Assembly (NCBI GenBank): GCA_947646655.1
Contig: CANSHI010000004.1
Span: 12,213-76,212, forward strand
DNA length: 64,000 bases
Direction of reading: 5' to 3'
Source of the DNA: an uncultured bacterium
GTDB lineage: Bacteria > Bacillota_I > Bacilli_A > RF39 > UBA660
How positions within the stretch are numbered: position 1 is the stretch's first letter; the number at the start of each line of letters is the position of its first letter. The notes under the pieces are model-generated. The model searched no databases. It was not told the DNA's origin and was given only the letters and a program-made list of their open reading frames with translations. The position numbers and the translations under genes were made by a program. Of this stretch, positions 10,704-20,761 are shown piece by piece.

Positions 10704-11338
10704 ATATAGCAGTATCGATTTTAACTAGTAATTATGATGAGGAAGAGACAATTGAGAGAATTAATAAGACAGATGCTTCAGAGTTACATGTCGATGTAAT
10801 GGACGGCCATTTTGTTTCTAATAAGACGTCTTTTAAACATTTAGAAAAAAGTAAAAAAAAGCTAGATATACATTTGATGGTTTCGAGGCCTTTTGAATAT
10901 ATATCAAGATATGCTTTATTTAAAAATGCCGAGTATATCGTCATACATGTCGAGTTAGAGGACAATTTAGAAGATCTTTTATCTTATATAAAGTCCCGCG
11001 GTTTAAAGTGTGGACTTGCCATTAATCCAAATACTCCTATAAGTCAATTGAATCCTTATTTGGAATTAATAGATGAAGTTTTAATGATGAGTGTCGAACC
11101 AGGTCTGGGTGCTCAGAAAATGTTAGACAATGTAGAAGATAGATTGCTTGAGTTAGTCGACATAAGAAATAAAGGCTATAATTTTAGAATAGTTGTCGAT
11201 GGAGGAGTTAACGATCAGACTATAAATAGAGTTAAAATGGCGGATGTAGTAGTTTCTGGATCATTTATATGTAAAAGTGAAGACTATCAAAAACAACTCG
11301 ATCAACTTAGACTTTCCAAAGATGAGAAAAAATGTTAG
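10700..11338 (+). CDS. rpe: Ribulose-phosphate 3-epimerase
   Basis: HVDVMDGHFV, DIHLMV, MSVEPG, VDGGV. Confidence 0.95.
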   Translation: MNIAVSILTSNYDEEETIERINKTDASELHVDVMDGHFVSNKTSFKHLEKSKKKLDIHLMVSRPFEYISRYALFKNAEYIVIHVELEDNLEDLLSYIKSRGLKCGLAINPNTPISQLNPYLELIDEVLMMSVEPGLGAQKMLDNVEDRLLELVDIRNKGYNFRIVVDGGVNDQTINRVKMADVVVSGSFICKSEDYQKQLDQLRLSKDEKKC

Positions 11339-11365
11339 AATATGGAAGAAGGAAGTGTGTGAACA

Positions 11366-11887
11366 ATGCAGCAAATCGTTATAAAAAAGTATGAAAGTAA
11401 AAAAAGCATTTTGACACCGATAATATTTTTAGTGATCGGCATTTTGCTATTTGTAAATCCAGGTGGAATAAGCGAGTTTATCTCATATATAATTGGAGGA
11501 GTCTTTTTAGCACTTGGAATTTCTAAATTTATTTTCGATAAGAGGAGAAATGATCATACGACAGGTGACACTTTTTATAGTATTGTCATGATCGCTTTAG
11601 GTATCATTTTTATCGCTTTTTCAGGAACAATAGAATTTTTAGTGAGACTAGCGATGGGCATTTGGATTATTATAAACGGTTTAAATACTATTGCTGTCGG
11701 TGCTAATTTGATGAAAGTAAATAAGCGTTCGATGTTGAGTTTGATAATTGGTTTTGTATTATTAATTATGGGTGTTTATACGATATTAGTTGCCAATTTG
11801 ATGTTTCAAACTTTAGGTATTGTAATAACTATATATGCAGTTCTTGAAATAATCGATTATATATATGTTCAAATTAAATCGAGATAG
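11366..11887 (+). CDS. DUF308/HdeD-like membrane protein
   Basis: About 6 TM helices in a repeated three-helix pattern. Confidence 0.7.
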   Translation: MQQIVIKKYESKKSILTPIIFLVIGILLFVNPGGISEFISYIIGGVFLALGISKFIFDKRRNDHTTGDTFYSIVMIALGIIFIAFSGTIEFLVRLAMGIWIIINGLNTIAVGANLMKVNKRSMLSLIIGFVLLIMGVYTILVANLMFQTLGIVITIYAVLEIIDYIYVQIKSR

Positions 11888-11898
11888 GAGGACATTTT

Positions 11899-12636
11899 AT
11901 GCTTAAAATTAAAAATTTACATGTCGAGGCCGATGGAAAAAAGATTATAAATGGTCTTAACTTGAATATAGTAGATGGTGAAATTGCCGTTGTGATGGGG
12001 CCAAATGGTGTTGGTAAAAGTACGATATGTAAAACGATCATGGGGGATCAAAACTATAAAATTACAAAAGGTTCTATAAATTATAATGGTGTCGATTTGT
12101 TAGAAAAACGCACAGATGAAATAGCCCTTTTAGGGGTCTTTTTACTGATGCAAAATCCTGTTAGTATTCCCGGCGTTACAAATGCAGAAATGTTAAGAGT
12201 AGCTAGTGGTGAGCGAGGAATTAACGAATCGATTTTTGAGTTTAATAAAAGGTTGAACGAAGCTACTTTGAAGTTGGATATCGATAAGAGTTATATTCAT
12301 CACAATATAAATGAGTTTATGAGTGGTGGTGAAAAGAAAAAAAATGAGATGTTACAAATCGAAATATTAAAGCCAGGATTAATTTTACTCGATGAATTAG
12401 ATAGTGGGCTAGATATCGATTCCTTAAAAATTTTAGCTACTAGACTTTATAATTATAGTAAAGAGAATAAGGCTTCAATCTTGATAATTACACATCATGT
12501 CAATATTTTAGAGTATTTGCAACCCGATAAGGTTTATGTCTTAGAGGATGGAAAAATACAAGCTGAGGGAGATTTAAGTTTAGCAAAAAAAATAGAAAAA
12601 TTAGGCTTTAAAGGGGCGTTTAATGGATGTGAATAA
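11899..12636 (+). CDS. sufC: Fe-S assembly ATPase SufC
   Basis: MGPNGVGKST, SGGEKKKNE, LDELDSGLDID. Confidence 0.96.
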   Translation: MLKIKNLHVEADGKKIINGLNLNIVDGEIAVVMGPNGVGKSTICKTIMGDQNYKITKGSINYNGVDLLEKRTDEIALLGVFLLMQNPVSIPGVTNAEMLRVASGERGINESIFEFNKRLNEATLKLDIDKSYIHHNINEFMSGGEKKKNEMLQIEILKPGLILLDELDSGLDIDSLKILATRLYNYSKENKASILIITHHVNILEYLQPDKVYVLEDGKIQAEGDLSLAKKIEKLGFKGAFNGCE

Positions 12637-13300
12637 AGGAGAAGAGAATAAAATATTATTGACAGATGATATAGTTTATTTGGATAAGTTTGTAAAAAAG
12701 TCATTTGTAAGAGTTGTAGGGAATTGTACTTTAAATGCGATTAACTTACACAATAATATGAGTTTAAGAATAGAAATCGATAAAAACAGTGTGCTCGTTT
12801 TAAACATTTTTGATTATGCTGTTTTAAATGAAGTTACTTTGGATATTACTTTAGATGATGGAGCAAGTTTGATATTAAACGATGCTTTTATAGCTGATGT
12901 AAAATATGGATTATATATCGATACTAAGTTATATGGTTCGAATGCGAGCGTTTATGTCAATGTTAGAGGGATCAATGAAGAAAATGCTACATCTACTGTC
13001 ATAATGAATGGATGTGTAGCTGGTGGTATAGATGGTGTTACATTAAATGAATATGCTAAAGTGATCAACAAAAGTGATAACTCGGCTGTATTAATTCCTA
13101 ATTTAATAGTAAATACTAATGAAGTGGAAGCGAATCATGGTGTAAGTATCGGAAGTATAAATTGTGATGAGCTATTTTATTTAATGAGTAAAGGCATTAG
13201 CAATAGCGATGCATCTAAAATGATTGAAAATGGTTTTTTGTTATCAATTATGGATGAAGATGTAAAAGAAAAAATTAAAAATGTTCTTGTGGGGAGGTGA
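12623..13300 (+). CDS. sufD: Short SufD-like Fe-S assembly protein
   Basis: PNLIV..NEVEANHGVSIG...ELFYLMSKGIS; located between sufC and sufS. Confidence 0.85.
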   Translation: MDVNKGEENKILLTDDIVYLDKFVKKSFVRVVGNCTLNAINLHNNMSLRIEIDKNSVLVLNIFDYAVLNEVTLDITLDDGASLILNDAFIADVKYGLYIDTKLYGSNASVYVNVRGINEENATSTVIMNGCVAGGIDGVTLNEYAKVINKSDNSAVLIPNLIVNTNEVEANHGVSIGSINCDELFYLMSKGISNSDASKMIENGFLLSIMDEDVKEKIKNVLVGR

Positions 13301-14505
13301 TTAACATGAATTTCAAAGATGATTTTTCCATGTTAAATAAAGACTTAGTCTATTTAGATAATGGGGCAACGACTTTTAAACCATCTTGTGTCATCGAGGC
13401 TATGAACGATTATTATGAAAATTATACTGCGAATGCTCACCGAGGCGATTACGATATCAGTTTGAAGGTAGATATTGCCTATGAAGGAGTAAGAGATAAG
13501 GTACAACAATTTATTAATGCTCGCCACCGTGAAGAAATTATTTTTACCTCTGGAGCAACAGAAGCATTAAATATGATAGTATCGGGCTTTTTTGAACACG
13601 TTTTAGAACCTGGAGATGAAGTAATCATTTCGGAGGCAGAACATGCATCTAATGTTTTACCTTGGTTTAGGTTGGCTAATAAAAAAGGAATCGTTATTAA
13701 ATACGTACCCTTAGATGAACACTTACATGTTACTTTAGATGCTATTAGGAAAACGGTCTCGCCTCGTACTAAGGTAATCGCTTTAGCAGAGATCACCAAT
13801 GTTGTGGGGGATGTTAGACCGATAAAAGATATATGTGCTTATGCGCATAGTCGCGATATTTTCGTAGTGTGTGACGGTTCACAGAGCGTTCCTCATAAAG
13901 TAACAGATGTGCAAGATAACGATGTCGACTTTTTAGCATTTTCAGCTCATAAAATGTGCGGACCAACTGGAGTAGGAGTTTTATATGGACGAATGGAACT
14001 TCTAGAAGAGTTAGAACCTGTCAATTTTGGTGGAGGGATGAACGAATCTTTTGATAATGAGAATGCAATATTTTTAAAAGAATTGCCAGCAAGATTAGAA
14101 GCTGGGACACCTAATATTGCTGGAGTCATAGGTCTTGGAGCAGCGATAGATTATTTAATTAAGGTAGGACTTGATAATATTTATTATCATGAGATTACTT
14201 TAAAAAAATACTTGGTAGAAAAATTGGCGACAATTAAGCACATCGATATAATAAATGAAGAATGTGATAGTGGAATTTTAGCATTCAATGTAGATGGCAT
14301 TTTTCCTCAAGACGTCGCAATATATTTGAGCAAATATAACGTCTGTGTTAGAGCAGGGAATCACTGTGCTAAAATATTAAAGAAGAGTGTAGGAGTTAGA
14401 AATACGATTAGAATCAGTCTATACTTTTATAATACGAAAGAAGAAATCGATTGTTTAGTGGAACTATTAAAAGATCGCGATAAAATTATGAAGGAAATGA
14501 TATAG
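13297..14505 (+). CDS. sufS: Cysteine desulfurase SufS
   Basis: YLDNGATT, SAHKMCGP, RAGNHCA. Confidence 0.96.
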   Translation: MINMNFKDDFSMLNKDLVYLDNGATTFKPSCVIEAMNDYYENYTANAHRGDYDISLKVDIAYEGVRDKVQQFINARHREEIIFTSGATEALNMIVSGFFEHVLEPGDEVIISEAEHASNVLPWFRLANKKGIVIKYVPLDEHLHVTLDAIRKTVSPRTKVIALAEITNVVGDVRPIKDICAYAHSRDIFVVCDGSQSVPHKVTDVQDNDVDFLAFSAHKMCGPTGVGVLYGRMELLEELEPVNFGGGMNESFDNENAIFLKELPARLEAGTPNIAGVIGLGAAIDYLIKVGLDNIYYHEITLKKYLVEKLATIKHIDIINEECDSGILAFNVDGIFPQDVAIYLSKYNVCVRAGNHCAKILKKSVGVRNTIRISLYFYNTKEEIDCLVELLKDRDKIMKEMI

Positions 14506-14943
14506 ATGGATGCAAATTTAAAAAGAGAAATAATGCTAGATAATTATCAAAATCCCGCGAATAGAGGGAAACCTGTAGATGAGAATTATATCTCTGTCAA
14601 TTCAAATAATTCCTCTTGTATCGATAATATAGATCTATGGGTTTTAATAAAAGATGATGTTATACATGATATAAAATTTATGGGTGAGGCGTGTGCTATA
14701 AGTACGGCAAGTACTTCTATAATGACGAAAGAGTTAATCGGTAAAAGTCTTGATGATGTTAAAAAAATTATAGAAAACTTTTATAATATGATTGAAGAGC
14801 GAGAATACGAAAAAGAACTGTTTAGCGAAGCTATAGTGTTTGATGAAATATACAAGCAAGCAAATAGAAAAACTTGTGCCACACTTCCTTATAAAGGTAT
14901 ATTGGATGCAATTAAAATATATGAGAACAATAAAAAAGCATGA
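14506..14943 (+). CDS. sufU: SufU Fe-S scaffold/sulfurtransferase
   Basis: SCID, ACAISTAS, RKTCATL. Confidence 0.93.
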   Translation: MDANLKREIMLDNYQNPANRGKPVDENYISVNSNNSSCIDNIDLWVLIKDDVIHDIKFMGEACAISTASTSIMTKELIGKSLDDVKKIIENFYNMIEEREYEKELFSEAIVFDEIYKQANRKTCATLPYKGILDAIKIYENNKKA

Positions 14944-14962
14944 GATATGCTTTTTTATAATA

Positions 14963-16543
14963 CTAATGTTTTGATTTTTTACTTTTTTGTAAGTTAGAGT
15001 CGAGCGTAAAACTGCGTTCTTCGATTGTACCAAACTTATCGACGGTTTCGTTATACTGTTCCTGTAATCGTTCTACTTGTTCTCTTAATGACAATATTTT
15101 TTGTTGTATCTTTAGTTTATCTTGTTTATATTCTGTAGAGTCATACTTTATGTCATACAAGATGTTTAATATCGTATTTATCGAATAAAAACCTTGTAAT
15201 ATGAAAAGAATATCCATTATTACACCTATTCCAGCACCAACAAGCGAAAAGGACAAAATGTATTTTGTGCTTTTTTGAGTATGTTCTTTATCTTGAAAAG
15301 TTTCGGTAACTAGTATTTCAGTATTAACTGTACTGTCTTCATCCGTTAATATTTCTTTCGGTTCTGTATACTGGTACTTGAAGCGAAGGTCTTTTAAGTC
15401 TTCTTTTTTAAAGTGATAATTTGTATCGGTATTACTGTATTCATAAGCTGAAACTTTGCGAACATAACCACCTCCAGCAGTATTTCTCTGCCATGGCTCA
15501 CATATTTTTATAGTAGCAACATAAGTTGTTTCATCTTCATCAAATATAATTTCGGGTTCGCCAATTTTCTTTCCAGTTTCTAAATCGTATGTTTGAGTTA
15601 TTGTTTTGTATTCAACTATTTTATCAGATGCGACTTTTCCAACGCGACGGCCAGCCACAAAAAGAGTAACTGGTATTAATACGAATGAAAATAAACGAGC
15701 GGCTAGTAAACCTTTATTTATCCATAGTTTTGTATGAAATGATTTGTTTTCGTTATATTCTTTAGTTAACTGTTCCTTTTTAACTTCTAGGTTAGATTTT
15801 TGTTGTTGTAAATATTCGATTGCTTCTTTTCTTTCTTTTAAAAATTCTCGGTTAGAATTACTTTTGCCAGCAACCTTTTGAATATTTTCTTCTGTAAGGA
15901 AATCGTATCCCAAACCTTCGGTTTTAATACCTTTAATTTCATCTTCTATTAGGCTTTGGTTTTTTATTGTTGAAAGGTCTTTTGCCAAAAGTCTACCTAT
16001 GTTTTCATTATGGACTTTAATGTTTTGCTTCTTCAAATATGATAGAATGTCGTTGCGATTAAACAGAGCTTCATATAAAATTACCTTATATATTGTTTCA
16101 TAAACTTCTTTAATAATTTCTCTTTTCTCATCCTTATTATGCGTATTTAAACTGTTTAATGCCTCTATTAAACTGATCGTGTTTTTAATAATACTTGAAA
16201 CATCATCTCCTTTTTTAAGTGAGTCTTTTATAGTAGTGTTTAATAAATGCAATTCGTAAAAAGGTAACAAGTCTTTTTCTAATTCTTGAGTTAATTTCTC
16301 TAGTCTTTGAATATAAGGCTCACATATTAAACTTTCATACTCGAGTTGCATTCCTTCAAACATCATGTCATTTTCAAAGCTTGGGTCATTATTAAAGTCA
16401 TCTTGAATTTGGTTAAAAGTCGATTTATATTTTGTGACATCGAATAAACCTTCAAGTTTAGTAAATATTCCCTCTAAGTTTTTCACTTGAGCTTCATATT
16501 CCTTATGACCTCTAGTAAGTTCGATTTCATTAAATTGGTTCAT
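14963..16543 (-). CDS. Orphan coiled-coil protein with two TM segments
   Basis: 526-aa ORF with RBS; hydrophobic stretches LFSFVLIPVTLFVAG and ILSFSLVGAGIGVIMDILFIL. Confidence 0.7.
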   Translation of the reverse strand: MNQFNEIELTRGHKEYEAQVKNLEGIFTKLEGLFDVTKYKSTFNQIQDDFNNDPSFENDMMFEGMQLEYESLICEPYIQRLEKLTQELEKDLLPFYELHLLNTTIKDSLKKGDDVSSIIKNTISLIEALNSLNTHNKDEKREIIKEVYETIYKVILYEALFNRNDILSYLKKQNIKVHNENIGRLLAKDLSTIKNQSLIEDEIKGIKTEGLGYDFLTEENIQKVAGKSNSNREFLKERKEAIEYLQQQKSNLEVKKEQLTKEYNENKSFHTKLWINKGLLAARLFSFVLIPVTLFVAGRRVGKVASDKIVEYKTITQTYDLETGKKIGEPEIIFDEDETTYVATIKICEPWQRNTAGGGYVRKVSAYEYSNTDTNYHFKKEDLKDLRFKYQYTEPKEILTDEDSTVNTEILVTETFQDKEHTQKSTKYILSFSLVGAGIGVIMDILFILQGFYSINTILNILYDIKYDSTEYKQDKLKIQQKILSLREQVERLQEQYNETVDKFGTIEERSFTLDSNLQKSKKSKH

Positions 16544-16669
16544 ATTAGACCTCTTTTCTAAACAAAATTACATTAACATATTTTTTTTACTTTGTCAATT
16601 TGAGGATCCAGCAGGAATTTGACTTTGAATTAGAGTTATGTTAATATAAATTTTGAAATTGGTGATTAT

Positions 16670-17413
16670 ATGAATAGATTAGCAAAAAATAAGGTTGCTC
16701 CGTTGGCTTTAGTACTCGGTATGTTACTTTCAAGTTGTGGGGAAAAGGCTGAGTGTGAAATACCTTCTAGACATGTTCATAAATATATTAAAAACTTTGG
16801 TGGAAATAATGCAATAGAAAGATACATCGATGATGAACATTTAGAATATTACGGCTATAATTGGACATCAGATTATATTGAAATGACTAGGGAAGACGAA
16901 AAAATATATAAACTATTTAAAGATAATGGGATATTCGATGGGGCTGAAAATTGGGATTATCTTTATAAGCAAATGGCCTCAAATAAGGATTATTTAGAGT
17001 TTTATTATGAATATACTGTTACGGAATATAAAACTATTGAAGATGAGGATGGGAATGAGACAGTTGTGGTTGAAGAAAATACGTACGATGGCTGGACTCG
17101 AAATCCAAACTATATTCACAATACGGGACGAACAAGATTATGTCATCATAGATATTTTGGATATTGTGTCGTTTATAAAGATGACAAATTTTCTTTAGTG
17201 CAAAGTCCAATAGTAGACGATATACGTTTTGTTATAAATGATTATCCTTACTTCGCAGAAAATAATACAACAATAGTTCATAAATACTATAATTATTATC
17301 CTAGTGAATTACCAAAGTTAAATCCTGAAAACTTTAATGACTTTTGTAGTCCTGATTTAACTAATAAGGAATTAAAAAGAGGAAAGTCTAAAACAATTTC
17401 TAAACAAAATTAA
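16670..17413 (+). CDS. Putative lipoprotein
   Basis: Lipobox LLSSC after a basic then hydrophobic leader. Confidence 0.7.
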   Translation: MNRLAKNKVAPLALVLGMLLSSCGEKAECEIPSRHVHKYIKNFGGNNAIERYIDDEHLEYYGYNWTSDYIEMTREDEKIYKLFKDNGIFDGAENWDYLYKQMASNKDYLEFYYEYTVTEYKTIEDEDGNETVVVEENTYDGWTRNPNYIHNTGRTRLCHHRYFGYCVVYKDDKFSLVQSPIVDDIRFVINDYPYFAENNTTIVHKYYNYYPSELPKLNPENFNDFCSPDLTNKELKRGKSKTISKQN

Positions 17414-17434
17414 AAAAGCTCTGTAGAAACTTTT

Positions 17435-17671
17435 TTAGTGTGTTCGAACTTTATTTTCGTCTTTATCGATTATATATATTTCGATATTATTTTTATTAGC
17501 TAGATCTAAAAGATCTTTGAATTTATAATTACATCTACCGAGTTCATTGGATTGGACCCAGTCTTTTGATTTGCCGATATCTTCACCGAATTCGCTTTGC
17601 TTTTTATTAGTGGACTCCCTCATGAACTTAAAAATCTCATTAGCCTTATAGTCGTTTGCTCTTATTTTCAT
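17435..17671 (-). CDS. XRE-family HTH protein
   Basis: MREST.KKQSEFGEDIGKSKDWVQSNELG; GAGG RBS. Confidence 0.8.
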   Translation of the reverse strand: MKIRANDYKANEIFKFMRESTNKKQSEFGEDIGKSKDWVQSNELGRCNYKFKDLLDLANKNNIEIYIIDKDENKVRTH

Positions 17672-17847
17672 AAGTACACCTCGAAAAAATATTACCATAT
17701 ATTGGTAACTTTAAAGGCATAAACGTATGTAGAATACGGACTTGAATTGCTAAAAGGTTGTAATATTATGATAGATATAAACTCTTTAACCTTGTGTAGT
17801 AGGGGTTTTTATGATAAAATTAGTTATATATAGAGAAGGTGACACAT

Positions 17848-18732
17848 ATGAAAAGCGGTTTTGTAAGTATAATTGGAAGACCAAATACAGGTAAAAGTAC
17901 ATTGTTAAATTCGATAGTCAATGCAAAACTAGCTATAACTAGTAACATAGCGGGCACTACTCGAAATACAATCGAGGGGATATATAATGAACCTGAGACA
18001 CAGATTATTTTTATAGATACTCCTGGTATACATAAACCTAAAAATAAATTGGGCAGAATTTTGAATCGTGAATCTTATACTGCTACGAGAAATATAGATG
18101 CTATTCTCTTTTTAGTCGATTCTTCCGTTCCTTTTGGAGCAGGAGATGAATACATATTAAAAACTTTTAAATCTACTGATGTACCAGTCATTTTAGTTTT
18201 AAATAAAATAGATAAAATTACTGATGAAAAGTTATTGAATAAAATCAATGAATATAAAGATTTATTTCCTTTTGCAGATATCGTTCCTGTAAGTGCTTTG
18301 AAAGATGATAACATAAAAGAGTTGATCAATGTCGTGAAGAAGTATTTAACGGACAATATTCGTTATTATAAGAGTGATCAAATAACTAATTTGAATCCTA
18401 AATTTATGATAAGTGAACTCGTACGAGAAAAAGTTTTAAGACTAACTAAAATGGAGGTTCCACACTCAGTGACATGCATGACTAGTCATTATGAAGTCAA
18501 AAAAGATTTAGTCGAAGTATACGTCGATATAATTGTAGATAGGGATTCACTTAAGAAGATCATCATCGGCAAGGGCGGCGCGATGCTTAAAGAAATAGGA
18601 ACGCAGGCTAGGCTCGATATCGAAACGATGTTTGACAAAAAGGTATATTTAGAGCTTTATTGTAAAACTGTACCAAAGTGGAGAGAAAAAGAGTTTTTAC
18701 TTAATGATTTAGGATTTTCTAAAGATAAGTGA
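17848..18732 (+). CDS. era: GTPase Era
   Basis: GRPNTGKST, DTPG, NKID, KH domain IIIGKGG. Confidence 0.98.
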   Translation: MKSGFVSIIGRPNTGKSTLLNSIVNAKLAITSNIAGTTRNTIEGIYNEPETQIIFIDTPGIHKPKNKLGRILNRESYTATRNIDAILFLVDSSVPFGAGDEYILKTFKSTDVPVILVLNKIDKITDEKLLNKINEYKDLFPFADIVPVSALKDDNIKELINVVKKYLTDNIRYYKSDQITNLNPKFMISELVREKVLRLTKMEVPHSVTCMTSHYEVKKDLVEVYVDIIVDRDSLKKIIIGKGGAMLKEIGTQARLDIETMFDKKVYLELYCKTVPKWREKEFLLNDLGFSKDK

Positions 18733-18784
18733 ATAAGTTTGTAATTTATATCCCATGATAATAATAGAAAAGGGGATATGATTT

Positions 18785-18877
18785 ATGACAAAGAAAGAAG
18801 CATGGGAAAGATTTAGAAATACTGGAAGAATTGAGGATTATTTAGAATATAAAAAAATAGCTAGGAAAGAAGAGTAG
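18785..18877 (+). CDS. yqzL: YqzL-like small protein, 30 aa (not in ORF track)
   Basis: MTKKEAWERFRNTGRIEDYLEYKKIARKEE; W..F..TG.I..YL.YK pattern; lies between era and recO as in B. subtilis. Confidence 0.8.
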   Translation: MTKKEAWERFRNTGRIEDYLEYKKIARKEE

Positions 18878-18881
18878 AGTT

Positions 18882-19610
18882 ATGATTCGGGAGTTAGAAG
18901 GAATCGTTATTAGTGAAACACCTTATAGTGAATCGAGTAAAATCATCAACGTTTTAACTAGAGATGCTGGCGTAGTCGGTATCATGGCCAAAGGTGCCAA
19001 AAGAATAAAAAGCCCATTAAGAGTTTCTACAGAGAAGCTAACTTTGGGCGTTTTTCACGTTTATTATCATGAAGGAAAACTTTCGACTTTGGTAAGTGCA
19101 GATATTTTAAACCCTTTGTTAAATATAAAAACTGATATTATTAAGATCGGCTATCTTACCTATATCGTAGAACTTGCGAGTCAAACGGCTAAGCAAAATG
19201 GAAGTAATGATATTTATGCGATTTTAAAGTCGACAATTTTAAAAATGGAAAGTGGCTTAAATCCTCTTATTTTAACTAATATTTTGGAATTAAAGATGCT
19301 CGATTTTTTAGGAGTGGGGATCGATTTAGATAAGTGCATTAAATGTGGGAATACAAAAAATATTATAACGATAAGTGGCGATGAGGGTGGCTATATATGT
19401 AGCGATTGTCATACTAATGAACCTCTTTATGATGAGAAAACGATCAAGATGTTTAGACTTTATTATTATGTAGATATCAATTCGATTACAGATTTAAAAA
19501 TAAGCGAGGAAGTAGTCGATAATATCAATACTATTTTAACTGAATATTATGATCGTTTTACAGGTCTGTATTTGAAAAGCAAAGAATTTTTAAAAACTAT
19601 TGTAAATTAA
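18882..19610 (+). CDS. recO: DNA repair protein RecO
   Basis: N-terminal OB fold (YSESSKII..LT...G), Zn finger CIKC..CSDC; synteny with era. Confidence 0.95.
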   Translation: MIRELEGIVISETPYSESSKIINVLTRDAGVVGIMAKGAKRIKSPLRVSTEKLTLGVFHVYYHEGKLSTLVSADILNPLLNIKTDIIKIGYLTYIVELASQTAKQNGSNDIYAILKSTILKMESGLNPLILTNILELKMLDFLGVGIDLDKCIKCGNTKNIITISGDEGGYICSDCHTNEPLYDEKTIKMFRLYYYVDINSITDLKISEEVVDNINTILTEYYDRFTGLYLKSKEFLKTIVN

Positions 19611-19637
19611 AAATATACCTGGGATAGTATATTTTTT

Positions 19638-20012
19638 TTATTCGCTTTTTAAAAGGTTGGCAAACTCTTCTTGACTCATCGCTGGTATGTTATCTTTTTC
19701 ATAAAGAGGTAACAAGTGCATGTGATAGTGTTTAACTACTTGTTCTTCACCATAGTTTATAACCGTTTTAATACTTTTTAAATTAGGGTATAATTTTTCC
19801 ATTTTTTGTATCAAAAATTTAGCAGCTTCATGTATTTTTGTGTTTATGTCATTATCCATGTCGAGTATAGTTGTATAATGTTTTTTAGGTATGATAAGTA
19901 GATGTCCAGGAGTGTGAGGATAAGCATCCATTATGGCCATTATATCTTCCGTTTCATAAACTACATATGCTGGCAATTCTCCTTTTACTATTTTGCAAAA
20001 TATATCATTCAT
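19638..20012 (-). CDS. HIT family hydrolase
   Basis: DIFCKIVKGE, GHLLIIPK, HYHMH. Confidence 0.93.
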   Translation of the reverse strand: MNDIFCKIVKGELPAYVVYETEDIMAIMDAYPHTPGHLLIIPKKHYTTILDMDNDINTKIHEAAKFLIQKMEKLYPNLKSIKTVINYGEEQVVKHYHMHLLPLYEKDNIPAMSQEEFANLLKSE

Positions 20013-20137
20013 ATTTTTTCCTCCTATAATTATATTAACATTTTGAATATTTATCTTCAAGTAATTTTAAAATAATATTGGACTTGTAGGTACAATTGAC
20101 TAGGAAGTTGCATATTTTAAAATAGGAGGTTTTTGAA

Positions 20138-20713
20138 ATGGCATATTTTAAAGAAATCGTAACTAAAGCTGTCGTTGGAAAGGGTAAGAAGGCGACTACG
20201 GGAAAATATTCAATTAAACCTGAGGAAACACCTAATACAGTTTTGGGGTGTTGGATTATAAATCACAGATTTAATGGAAGCCTTGTAAATGGGGAAATTT
20301 ATGTAAATGGTAATTACGATGTAAATGTTTGGTATTCTTATGATAATGATTCTAAAACGGGAGTATGTTCAGGTAATTATTCATACAGTGATAAAATGAA
20401 GGTGCCTGTAAATGTCGGAACTAAACTTACAAATAACTCAGAAGTAATCGTCAACTCTTTAAGCGATCCGAATGTTGTCGATGTCGATATTATGAATGGA
20501 ACTATTACGTTTACTGTAAGAAAAGAGATGGGTGTCGAAGTAGTCGGAGACACTAAAATTAGAGTAAATGTGGAGGATAATTTTGAAGATTATATGGAAA
20601 TCGTCGACGAAGATGTTACTGAGGAAATATTTGAAGAAATCGATTCTCAAGTTAAGGAAAACTATATTAGTGAGAGCGAAGTTATCGACTCTACAAATGA
20701 TGATGAAGCTTAA
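20138..20713 (+). CDS. cotE: Outer spore coat protein CotE
   Basis: KEIVTKAVVGKG, LGCWIINH, YDVNVWYSY match B. subtilis CotE; acidic tail. Confidence 0.9.
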   Translation: MAYFKEIVTKAVVGKGKKATTGKYSIKPEETPNTVLGCWIINHRFNGSLVNGEIYVNGNYDVNVWYSYDNDSKTGVCSGNYSYSDKMKVPVNVGTKLTNNSEVIVNSLSDPNVVDVDIMNGTITFTVRKEMGVEVVGDTKIRVNVEDNFEDYMEIVDEDVTEEIFEEIDSQVKENYISESEVIDSTNDDEA

Positions 20714-20761
20714 TTGCTTTTTCTTTTGAAAAAAAATTACCTTTAAGATTTAGAGGTAATT

